A stretch of DNA of 64,000 bases from Nitrospirota bacterium (lineage in GTDB: Bacteria; Nitrospirota; Nitrospiria; Nitrospirales; Nitrospiraceae), in NCBI GenBank assembly GCA_963741245.1, contig CAVUHR010000023.1, forward strand, positions 91,167-155,166, in the 5' to 3' direction. Positions 38,976 through 48,573 of the stretch are shown here, one piece after another. Both the position numbers and the translations under genes were made by a program. Within the stretch, counting starts at the first letter, position 1. Every line of letters starts with the position of its first letter. Below the pieces are notes generated by a model. That model searched no databases. It was not told where the DNA came from and was given only the letters and a program-made list of their open reading frames with translations.

Positions 38976-38989
38976 GAAGGGATGTCGCG

Positions 38990-39343
38990 ATGAGACGTGT
39001 GTCCTTTCTCGCATTGGCCGGGTGGTTGATGATCGGGACTGCATCGTTTGCGGCTAGGGCTCCAGAAACCGAGTCCGTGGAGTCGAAGACGGCGGCGGGC
39101 GAGGCTATCGTCCAGATTTTCGGTCGTATGTGAGAATACCATCGTGAGGATGTCGAAGCGGCGCTTCGTGCATTCAAGATGGTTCGACAGGTGGATTTTT
39201 TGAATAACCATGGTACTGTGCTGGTGCGGTATTGGCCCGGCAGCGGGATGCCCGAGCAGTTACGCGGGGTGGTACATCGCGCATTCGGGTCAGGCCGGAA
39301 TTGCACGGCGCGGGTGGATCGTGGTATACGCAGAAACTGGTGA
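38990..39343 (+). CDS. Secreted HMA-like protein with in-frame TGA (candidate Sec) at codon 48
   Basis: The reading frame stays open and paralogue-like through TGA 39131-39133: MRRVSFLALAGWLMIGTASFA...IVQIFGRM-U-EYHREDVEAALRAFKMVRQVDF...MPEQLRGVVHRAFGSGRNCTARVDRGIRRNW*. Confidence 0.5.
39148..39175 (+). promoter_or_regulatory. Stem-loop 14 nt downstream of the in-frame TGA (possible bacterial SECIS)
   Basis: Upper stem CGAAGC(39154-59)/GCTTCG(39163-68) with G-rich apical loop GGC. Lower stem 39148-52 / 39171-75. Confidence 0.4.
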
Positions 39344-39365
39344 CGATTCAACAGGAGGGGAGATC

Positions 39366-39668
39366 ATGAATACAATCATCAAGTTTGGCTGTCTGATCGG
39401 ATTCGTTTGTGCGATGGCGACGCCGGTCTTCGCGGGCGAGGAGAAAGTCATGATCATGCTCGGCGGCAAGTACTGCGATGCCTATTTGGGCAATGTCCAG
39501 GCTGCGCTGACGAAAGTGGCCGGCGTGAAGGCGGTCGATGTCAAGAGTATGGCGGGCCATGCGGTGGTGACCGTCGAATCCGGTAAGGTGAAGCCAGAAC
39601 AGCTAGTCACAGCAGTCAACGGCGTGAAAGGCGATAGCTGGTATTGCACAGGCGAGATCATGAAGTGA
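39366..39668 (+). CDS. Secreted HMA-like protein, Cys-containing paralogue
   Basis: RBS AGGAGGGG. Signal peptide. VMIMLGGKYCDAYLGNVQAALTKVAGVKAVDV...KPEQLVTAVNGVKGDSWYCTGEIMK has a beta-alpha-beta-beta-alpha-beta-like pattern. Confidence 0.65.
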   Translation: MNTIIKFGCLIGFVCAMATPVFAGEEKVMIMLGGKYCDAYLGNVQAALTKVAGVKAVDVKSMAGHAVVTVESGKVKPEQLVTAVNGVKGDSWYCTGEIMK

Positions 39669-39746
39669 CGGAACGCCATCTCGGCAAGATGCTGAATAAG
39701 TCCGCCAGTGCCACAGACCGTGGCGCGTGAAGTGCGAGAAAGGCGA

Positions 39747-39780
39747 GGTCCGAAGTTCCGGGAACCTCGAACTTCGGACC
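39747..39780. terminator. Bidirectional stem-loop between convergent genes
   Basis: GGTCCGAAGTT-(12 nt)-AACTTCGGACC, a perfect 11-bp stem. Confidence 0.5.
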
Positions 39781-39823
39781 CCGAACCCTCGCCCGTCCCC
39801 GCGTGCCTTTCCCTAAACCGCCT

Positions 39824-40564
39824 TCACCGGTTTCGCTCAAGTAACGGCTCCAGCGCTGGGAAGACTTTCTCGACAATCAGGCGATAGCCTTCTCCCGTCG
39901 GATGAATGCCGTCGGCCTGATTGAGCGAGGAGGAGCCTGCCACACCATCGAGAAAAAATGGAATCCGCGTCAGGTGATATCGCTGCGCGACAGCCTGGTA
40001 GAGCGCCTCAAACCCTTCGGTATAGTCCTGTCCATAGTTCGGGGGAAGTTTCATTCCCGCTAAGACGACGGTGACCGAGGCCTGTTGGAGTTGTTGAATG
40101 ATCCGTTCGAGGTTGGCTTGCGTCTCGTGCAGGCTAAGGCCGCGGAGCCCATCGTTGCCGCCTAGCTCCAGAATAACGATTGCCGGCCTGCTGTTCAGGA
40201 CCCAGGAGACCCTCCGGATTCCGCCGGCTGTCGTATCACCACTGACTCCCGCGTTCACGACCCGATAGGCATAGCCAGCTGCGTCCAGCGTCCGCTGCAG
40301 GTGTGCGGGATACGATTGATCCTGTGGCACACCTAAGCCGGCCGTCAGGCTGTTGCCGAAGGCGACAATGCGGGGGCGTTCGTCGGAGATGGGCCGAGGT
40401 CCCACACCCTCGCGCGGGGGGCTCGACGGCGGGGGTGGAGAGGCGGACGCACTGCCGAGGTCATACCCACCGAGGAGGGTGAAGGAGAGGCAGAGGCAGG
40501 AAAATAGATTTGTGAGAATCCATGAGCGGCGGCGCATCATCATCCAGTATAATATACCGTTCAC
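39824..40564 (-). CDS. tesA: SGNH/GDSL arylesterase-thioesterase (TesA-like)
   Basis: IVAFGNSLTAG, ILELGGNDGLRG and DGIHPTGEGY blocks. Start uncertain: there are several Met codons in 40537-40564. Confidence 0.8.
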   Translation of the reverse strand: MNGILYWMMMRRRSWILTNLFSCLCLSFTLLGGYDLGSASASPPPPSSPPREGVGPRPISDERPRIVAFGNSLTAGLGVPQDQSYPAHLQRTLDAAGYAYRVVNAGVSGDTTAGGIRRVSWVLNSRPAIVILELGGNDGLRGLSLHETQANLERIIQQLQQASVTVVLAGMKLPPNYGQDYTEGFEALYQAVAQRYHLTRIPFFLDGVAGSSSLNQADGIHPTGEGYRLIVEKVFPALEPLLERNR

Positions 40565-40596
40565 GAAGACGATACTGTCGGAGCCCGACGGATAAC

Positions 40597-41301
40597 ATGA
40601 TCACCCTCTCTCACCTGACGATGCGCTTGGCCGGCGGCGGCCATCAGATCACGATCCTCGACGATATCACACTCGAAATTCCTGATAAGCAGCGCGTGGC
40701 CATCGTCGGCCCATCCGGGAGTGGGAAGTCCACCTTGCTGGGCCTCATCGCGGGACTGGATCGCCCGACGTCCGGCTCCATCACATTGAACGGCGTGGAG
40801 ATCTCGACGATGCGCGAGAGTGCCTTGGCGCGGTATCGTCGCGATCATATCGGCTACATCTTTCAATCCTTCCATCTCATTCCCACCCTCACCGCCCTGG
40901 AAAACGTCCTGGTGCCGCTGGAGTTGGCAGGGATGCGCACGGCACAGGATCGCGCAACGGATCTGTTGCGGACCGTCGGTCTGGGAGAACGGCTGCATCA
41001 TTATCCCGTCCAACTCTCGGGAGGCGAGCAGCAGCGGGTGGCGGTGGCCAGAGCGTTCGCCTGTCACCCTCCGATTCTGTTGGCCGATGAGCCAACCGGC
41101 AACTTGGATTCGGCTACGGGAGAGCACGTGATGAATCTGCTCCGTTCCCTCCATCGCGATTACGGCACCACCTTAGTCCTCGTCACGCATGAGCGAGCCA
41201 TCGCGTCCTCGATGGAACGTGTGATTGCGTTGCGCGACGGTCGCATCGAATCCGATACCCTCACCGACTCAGACGGTCGAGTTGCAGAGTCATCCCAATG
41301 A
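40597..41301 (+). CDS. ybbA: ABC transporter ATP-binding protein (YbbA/LolD-like)
   Basis: Walker A GPSGSGKST, signature LSGGEQQRVAVARA and Walker B ILLADEPTGNLD. Divergent from tesA as in E. coli tesA-ybbA-ybbP. Confidence 0.85.
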   Translation: MITLSHLTMRLAGGGHQITILDDITLEIPDKQRVAIVGPSGSGKSTLLGLIAGLDRPTSGSITLNGVEISTMRESALARYRRDHIGYIFQSFHLIPTLTALENVLVPLELAGMRTAQDRATDLLRTVGLGERLHHYPVQLSGGEQQRVAVARAFACHPPILLADEPTGNLDSATGEHVMNLLRSLHRDYGTTLVLVTHERAIASSMERVIALRDGRIESDTLTDSDGRVAESSQ

Positions 41302-43968
41302 ATCGCTTCATCTTCAGGATGGCCTGGCGTGAAACCAGGGGAGCCTGGCGGCACTTTCTCTATTTCTTCGCCTGTATCGCGATCGGCGTCGGAGCCTTGG
41401 TCGGGGTGTCGCTCTTTAGCACGCATGTGGAGCGGGCCGTCACGAAAGAAGCGCGTGGGTTGTTAGGCGGCGATCTCGAAATTCGTCTGACTCATTCCCT
41501 GAGTCTCGCGGGACAGGCGGTGCTGGACTCGCTGGACGAACGAGGCATGGTCCTCACCCATGTAAGCGAACTCGTGGCCATGGCCGCGCGCTCGACTCCA
41601 CGGGTCCGCTGCGACTCAATCGACCCAGATCATCGAACTCAAAGCGGTCGAATCGACGTATCCCCTGTACGGAACGATTCGACTCGACCCAGCGCAATTG
41701 CTTGATGTCCTGCTCCACCCGGATGAGCGCCGCTGTGGCGGGCATTCCTGTTTTGGCGCAGTGGTGCAGGAGTCGCTGCTGATTCGGATGGGCCTCTCGG
41801 TCGGGGATCAATTGAAGATCGGTCAAGCGATGTTTCTGATCACCGGCGTCGTGCGTACCGAGCCGGATCGAATGGCTAATGCCTTCAGCTTGGGCCCACG
41901 GGTGATGATTGCGCAGGAGGGACTACGGGCCGCGGAACTGATCAAGCCTGGAAGCAGGGTGCGAGAACGGTATCTCGTGAAGATGCCCTCCGATATGCCG
42001 TTGGAACCTCTGCTCTCCGAGCTGCGCGATCGGCTGTCGGCAGATTCCGTGCGCATATCCAGCTATCGTACGGCCCAGTCACAATTGAGGCAATTTCTCG
42101 ACCAACTCTCCCGCTATCTCGGGCTGATCGGTCTCACCGCGCTGTTCATCGGCGGACTGGGGGTCGGGACCTCGATTCATGCGTTCTTGCGGGACAAGAT
42201 GCGGACGATCGCGATCTTAAAATCGGTCGGCGCGGATTCGGCCACGGTGGTTTCTACCTATGTGGTGCAAGCGATCTTCCTGGGGTCTGTCGGGAGCCTC
42301 GCTGGGATCTTGTTGGGGATTGCGCTCCAACGGGGGCTGCCTCCACTTATGGCAGGTCTGTTTGTGTCCGACCTCCTCGAACAATTAGGCGTCTCCTCAG
42401 AATTGTCGTGGTCCTCGATCTGGCCCTTGTTAAAAGGGGCGACGCTGGGATTGTTGGCGACGATGCTGTTTACCCTATGGCCCCTGTTGAAAATTCGAGA
42501 CATTCACCCAGGTACGATCTTCAGGCGCGATGCAGAACAGGCGACGGTCGAGCGTGAGACTTCTCCGTCACGATGGTGGGTGACATGGGGGCTGGCCGAT
42601 CGATGGAATGTCGGCACGGCCGGAGGGATCATCCTCGGGCTCTGCGCACTCTCGGTATGGCAAGCCGGTTCGTGGTCGATCGGCTTCCTGTTTCTCGGTG
42701 CGTTGTCTCTTGCCATCACGGTCCTCTTTGTCTGTGCGCGACTGTTCGTGCGAGGGCTGGCCTGGGTGCCGATGCCTCGCCTCCTGAGCCTTCGCCATGC
42801 CCTGGGTAATGTCGTGCGGCCGGGAAGCCAGGCGACCGGGATCATGGTCGCCATCGGCATCGGCGTGATGGTGATTGTCACGGTGTCGCTGGTAGAACAG
42901 GCGTTGCTCCGCCAAGTACAGGAGAATCGGCCGGCCGATTCCCCGACCTTTTTCTTTATCGATATTCAGCCTGACCAAGCGAAGGAGTTCGTGTCGTTGG
43001 TTGATCGACAGACTGCCCGGGCGCGTCCGGAACTCACGCCTCTGGTACGTTCTCGACTCCATGCGATCGATGGACATATCGTCAAGGCAGAGGAAGAGGG
43101 AGTGGAGAAGGACGACAAGCGCACGGAGGGGAAAGAGGCACGGGGAAAACAGTGGTATCTCACCCGGGAGTATGTGCTGACATTCCTCGACCAGCTACCG
43201 AAAGACAATCAGCTGATCAAAGGAGAATGGTGGAAGCCCGGGCAGGTCTTCTCGACCCCACAGGTTTCAGTGGAAGAAGAGGCTGCCACACATTTAGGCC
43301 TCGCGATTGGCTCGATCGTGGAGTTCGATATTCAGGGGGCTACGGTGTCGGCGGAGGTGAGCAGTATTCGCAAAGTTGAGTGGGGAAATTTCTCGACGAA
43401 CTTCTACATGATCTTGTCCCCGGGCGCGATTGAAGGGGCGCCGTTTACCTATGTGGCGACGGTGCGGGTCTCGCCACAGGAAGAGGTGCCGTTGCAGCAG
43501 GCGGTCGTCGCCTCATTTCCGAACGTCAGCGCAATCAATGTCGGAGACGTGCTCGAGGGTTTCGCGAGGGTTCTTGATCGTCTCTCGCTGGCGATCAGGG
43601 CTGTGGCGTTATTTTGTGTTGCGGCCGGCGGGTTGGTCATGGCGGCGGCACTCGCAGCGACACGCTACCGGCGTCTCTATGAATCGGTCATTCTGAAGGC
43701 GCTCGGCGCGACCCGTGGCCTGATCGCACGCGCCTTTGCCATTGAGTATGTCCTGCTGGGCGCCGTCGCCGGGTTGATCGGACTGACCCTCGGGAGTGTC
43801 TTGTCATGGGCTGTGTTGCGGTATGTGTTCGATCTTCCCTGGAGCATACACCCACGGGTACTTGGCATTGGCCTCCTGCTCACGATGGTGCTGACGCTGA
43901 TTGTGGGTTTTGCGAGCACCTACCGGATTCTCGGCCAACGGCCGCTGGCCGTGCTCAGGCACGAGTAA
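41298..43968 (+). CDS. ybbP: FtsX-like ABC permease (YbbP-like), apparent single frameshift near 41585-41625
   Basis: The N-terminal 100 aa lie in the 41298 frame. The family motif QIIELKAVESTYPLYG and the remaining ~780 aa lie in the frame of the 41698 ORF, which is open from 41566. Confidence 0.75.
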
Positions 43969-44457
43969 ACGATGCAACCAGCAGGATGCTGAAAAAGCCC
44001 GCCAGCAGGGGAGGATGGCCCGGTGAGTCCCCTGTGCTCGCGCAACGCGCGGTCTCAGAGGATGGGAAGGGAGCGGCCAGGTGCCCTTCTTGCTCGCAGA
44101 ACGCGCACGGTGAAACTGTGCTCGTTCGATGCGCGCAGTAAAGGGCAGCCTTGGCCACTCCCTAAGTAGAGGCTTAGCAAGTGAAGGCCCTCGCCTGGGC
44201 TAATGGCAAGTCCCGGGAAATCGATTGCGAAGTAATCGGAGGGTCGGGCGGGTGAAAAATATCTGCCAGTGGGTGGACGGGTGAGAAAGTCGCGCGCAGT
44301 GGAAGACAACCGGCCTGGTTGCTGAAAGGGCTGAAGAGGGAGAGAAACGGCACTTAGACTGTGAGATCGGTAAGGCGCAGGTCGTGGTTCTGGGAGCCAA
44401 TTGTACGAATTCATGAAATCAAACGGAAGCCCCCCCCGAGAGTCTGGGCGCAGCACA

Positions 44458-45634
44458 TCAATTTGGTACGATCTTGAACAGGCCACCTCCCTGGGTCATT
44501 ACGTAGAGCTCGCCTGCAGAATCTTCACCAAAGCTCGTCACAAAACTGCCCGGCGGACTGAGTAAGGGCCATTCTGTCTGCTCTGTGGGTTGACCGTTCT
44601 GATAGCGGAAACTCCTCACAAATCCCGCGCAAAAATCTGCATAGAAATACGTGCCTTGCAAGTCCGGCTTGACGGATCCCCGATACACATACCCCCCTGT
44701 CACTGAGCAAGCCCCATTGAGGTGAGGATAATCGAGCACCGGCAACGTAAGGACACCGGAGTTGCAATTGCTGGAGGGATTGAAGCAAAGAAACCCCTCC
44801 ATCAAACTCCAGCCGTAATTCAGTGCGCGCCCAGCGTTCGGGTCGAGCGAGACGTTAATCTCTTCTCGCACATTTTGTCCGACATCTCCAATGTACAGAT
44901 CATGTGTCTGACGGTCGAATGAAAACCGCCAGGGGTTGCGAAGACCCAGGCTCCAAACCTCCGGTGCGCCTCCTACCAAAAAAGGATTGGGAGTGTTATT
45001 GGCACAAGGCCCGCCAAGGGTGGGGTTGATGCGCAAGAGTTTCCCGAGTCGTGTGATCGGATTTTGCCCGTTGTTGTTCGGGTCGCCGCTATCCCCCCCA
45101 TCGCCGATCCCGGCATACAGACATCCATCCGAGCCAAATGCCAGCATGCCGCCGTTGTGATTTGAAAAGGTCGGATGTGCCACAGTAAGAAGGGTCACGG
45201 CCGAAGAAGAATCAGCGAGGTTTGGGTCCGTAAAATTTCTCAGGTAAAGAGCGATGACAATGTTACCAGCGGTGTTCGTGTAATAGACGTAGAACTGGCG
45301 ATTGGCATCGTAATCGGAATCGAATGCCATCCCTAGAAGCCCCCGTTCTCCTGCCGTTGAAATAAGTCCGCTAAGATTAAGAAAGGCAGTTGGACGCAGG
45401 GAGGAGCTGTTCCTGTCAAAAATTCTGATGAGGCCTCCTTTCTCGACAATGAACAGACGCGCGTTGTCGTTTGGCGCTGCGGTCATAAACACTGGGAAAG
45501 TCAGATTTGTTGTGACGGTTTGCAGCCGTAGAGGTAAAGCGAGTTTCGCTGGATCCGTCTTCGGAGCACCCGATCAGGCATCCCGTGCTGACAAGGACCA
45601 AACCAGCCATCAATAGGCGTCGAATCGGTACCAT
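44458..45634 (-). CDS. PQQ-dependent soluble sugar (glucose/sorbosone) dehydrogenase, apparent frameshift after the signal peptide
   Basis: HNGGMLAFGSDGCLYAGIGDGGDSGDP, LGLRNPWRFSFD and YIGDVGQNVREEIN. The lipoprotein signal MVPIRRLLMAGLVLVSTGCLIGC is in another frame. The shift lies around 45543-45573. Confidence 0.7.
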
Positions 45635-45810
45635 CAGCCACCTCGCGTGATGCCAGGCTGTACGCCGTCAGCCTACTATAGAGTGCTGAATCGCCTCAAG
45701 TCGCCCCTGTGCGCGGGTCGGTCGATGGGACTTGCCCCTCGGACCCTCACCGTACTGCACGAGTACGCATCGGGTCCTCACGGCTCCGCGCGCCGGTCTC
45801 GCGACGCGGC

Positions 45811-48573
45811 TCAGCGATTTCGCGACGAATCGTCATGAATAATGCGGGCTAGGTAGGTGCGCAAGGCGCGGCTGTCTCGTTCTCGGACCGTGACGGCGAT
45901 CCGCAATTGTTCGAGATACTGATCGAGCGTTTTCCCGCCGAGGTCGATTTTGCGCGTTGTGAAAAAGTCCTGCACCTCTCGTTCGAGTTCAGGTGTGGTG
46001 AGGCTGACGATCCCACCGCACATGCGCCGCAGCCCTTGTTTGGGGAACAATTGGTCCATCTTCTCCCAGTTCGTTTTCACAAAGGCCCAAGCTATTTCTC
46101 TGCCATAGACATTGCCCAGGATGGCGCTGACGAGAAACGGCGCGTCTTGTGTGCGGATTTCTCCGCTGATGGTGCGGGCGAGTGTGCGTTCGAGCAATGC
46201 CTTGGGCTGGAACGATGCGAGCGAGAAGAGATAGCGCCGTTCTTCTTGCGGTGTGGCGGCGGTACGGAATCGTTCGTTAAATTCGTCGTACCTGGTTGCG
46301 TCGCCCGTATGCGCGAGGATCGCGACGAGCGAGGGTACGACATTAGGGTCAACGGCTGTCGCGTCGTTGCGGTAAGCCCGGTACAGTTCGGCTGTGCGTT
46401 GTTGGATGGCCGGATCATTGCCGAGTTTACCCTGTGCGCCGATCAGTTCACCCCGCAGTTGTTTCGTCAGCTCGCTCTCGCCGCTTCGGGGGACCCAACC
46501 CAAGTCTGCAACGGCCGGACCGATCCGACCTCGTACGAACGCTTCGAGTGCCGGCCGATTCTCTACGGTAATGATCCGGTTCAGGAATGAGAAGGAGTCG
46601 AGTAGCACAGCCCAGACATTCTTGTCCCGTTCCGTAGTGAAGCGGGCTGTCAGGTCAAGATAGTCGGTGAGGGGCATGTGGCCGGCGACGGTGGTGGCCC
46701 AGGCGTCGTTGATGAGGTTGAACCGCTCGGTGACGTTAAGTCGATCGATGCCGATGTTCAGGAGCCGATCGAGTAGGTCTGGTGCATAGCGCACCCGATA
46801 GAAGCCATGACCCCCCTCGTTGATCAGTACTGACTCCCAATCGTGGGGAAGCGGGACTGTCGTGTCTTTCTCCGTCAGCAACATGTGTGAGGTGTTGGTC
46901 TTGCCTCCGGCGATGACTCGAATCTGGAGCGGAATCTGCCACCGCTGGTCTTGTGATGGGCCGGACTGCTCGTCACTCAGGTAGCTGAACCGTTGTTGGG
47001 TGATTGTAAGTTCGGATGACGGACTGACAGTGACGGTCACGAGCGGGAACCCTGGTTGGAAAATCCAACCGTTCATGAGTTCAGGCACCGGCTTCTTGGC
47101 GATCTTCCCGAGCGAAACCCAGAGATCGTTCGTGTCGGCATTTCCATAGGCATGTGCGTGCAAGTAGTTGCGGACCCCGTCGCGGAAGACCGTCGGTCCA
47201 ATGTGCTGTTCTAACATCCGGAGCACCGATGCGCCCTTTTCATAGGTCAGGACGTCGAACATCGCGTCGGCGTCCTTGGGGGCTTGCACCGGATATTCGA
47301 TCGGTCTTGTACTCCGCAGTCCGTCTACAGAAAAGGCTGCGGCGCGTGAGATACCGAAACTCTCCCATCGTTTCCATTCTGGTTTCCAGGCGTCGACGGC
47401 CAGCATTTCCATGAAGGTGGCGAAGGCTTCGTTCAGCCAGAGCCCGTTCCACCAGGACATGGTCACTAAATCGCCGAACCACATGTGCGCGTTTTCATGC
47501 GCGACCACATCGGCCACGCGCTCCAGTTCGCCGTGTGTGGCGCTCGGCTGATCGATCAGCAAGGCCGTTTCACGATATGTAATGGCACCCAGGTTCTCCA
47601 TGGCACCGGACGCAAAGTCAGGAATGGCGAGTAGGTCTAGCTTGTCACCTGGGTAGGGGATCCCATAGTAGCTCTCAAAAAAGGCGAGCGATGCCGCCGC
47701 AATGTCTTGGCCAAATCGAGCGAGATGCCCTTTCCCAGGGATGGCCCAGAGGCGAAGCGGGGTCTGGCCGATCATCACTGGTGCGGTCGGCTCGATCCGG
47801 CCTACGATGAACGCGACCAGGTAGGTGGACATCTTAATCGTATCGGCGAAGCGGACCACCTTCTTCCCGCCAGCAAGCGTTTCGGATGCGATCGTGGTGT
47901 TGGAGACTGCGGTTAAAGATGGATCGATGACCAGCGTCGTCGCAAAGACGGCTTTGAAGTCCGGTTCATCCCAGCAGGGAAAAGCCCGGCGGGCATCGGT
48001 GGCTTCGAACTGTGTTGCGGCCAAGCTGTGAGTCGCACCACGCTCGTCTTTGTAGGTACTGCGATAGAAACCGCGGAGTTTGTCGTTAAGCGTGCCGCAG
48101 AATGTTATTGTCAGTTTCCAGATTCCTGGTGAGAGAGGCGTGCTGAATGTGAGATGGCAACGTTGGAGCGATGTATCCAACGTTATCGTGGCCTGTCTCG
48201 CCTGGCCTGAATCTCCCTCAATCTTCGCCGAGGTAATGTCGAGTTCAATGGCGTTGAGGACGATTTCAGAGGTTTGCTGATGGACCGTGAGGGTGATGGC
48301 TTCCTGTCCAGCAAAGCTTGAGGCAGGCAGGTCCGGTTCCAATCGTAGATCATAGCGAATCGGGACCACATGTCTCGGAAGCCTGTATGGATCGAGCGTG
48401 CCAGGAGTAGAGGCCTGATTCATATTCTTACCTTTCGGTCGTTCGGTGGCTGCTTGCACGAAGGTACTGTTGAGGCACGAGCTGAGGAACGATGTAAGTG
48501 GAATGGCCAGGAGGAATCGGACATGCTTACCGAGGGTCTGTAGGGTCTGTCGCCTGCTGATCGGATCAGTCAT
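45811..48573 (-). CDS. pepN: Aminopeptidase N (M1 family)
   Basis: GAMENLG and HENAHMWFGDLVTMSWWNGLWLNEAFA (HExxH-18-E). ATG 48573 overlaps the rpiA stop. ATG 48423 is an alternative start. Confidence 0.9.
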   Translation of the reverse strand: MTDPISRRQTLQTLGKHVRFLLAIPLTSFLSSCLNSTFVQAATERPKGKNMNQASTPGTLDPYRLPRHVVPIRYDLRLEPDLPASSFAGQEAITLTVHQQTSEIVLNAIELDITSAKIEGDSGQARQATITLDTSLQRCHLTFSTPLSPGIWKLTITFCGTLNDKLRGFYRSTYKDERGATHSLAATQFEATDARRAFPCWDEPDFKAVFATTLVIDPSLTAVSNTTIASETLAGGKKVVRFADTIKMSTYLVAFIVGRIEPTAPVMIGQTPLRLWAIPGKGHLARFGQDIAAASLAFFESYYGIPYPGDKLDLLAIPDFASGAMENLGAITYRETALLIDQPSATHGELERVADVVAHENAHMWFGDLVTMSWWNGLWLNEAFATFMEMLAVDAWKPEWKRWESFGISRAAAFSVDGLRSTRPIEYPVQAPKDADAMFDVLTYEKGASVLRMLEQHIGPTVFRDGVRNYLHAHAYGNADTNDLWVSLGKIAKKPVPELMNGWIFQPGFPLVTVTVSPSSELTITQQRFSYLSDEQSGPSQDQRWQIPLQIRVIAGGKTNTSHMLLTEKDTTVPLPHDWESVLINEGGHGFYRVRYAPDLLDRLLNIGIDRLNVTERFNLINDAWATTVAGHMPLTDYLDLTARFTTERDKNVWAVLLDSFSFLNRIITVENRPALEAFVRGRIGPAVADLGWVPRSGESELTKQLRGELIGAQGKLGNDPAIQQRTAELYRAYRNDATAVDPNVVPSLVAILAHTGDATRYDEFNERFRTAATPQEERRYLFSLASFQPKALLERTLARTISGEIRTQDAPFLVSAILGNVYGREIAWAFVKTNWEKMDQLFPKQGLRRMCGGIVSLTTPELEREVQDFFTTRKIDLGGKTLDQYLEQLRIAVTVRERDSRALRTYLARIIHDDSSRNR

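Noticed and set aside
44200-44320. RNase P RNA-like or SRP RNA-like strings (AAGTCCCGGG; TCCGGAAGGG at about 23675).
   Set aside because: Only short chance resemblances. The other universally conserved blocks of these RNAs are absent.
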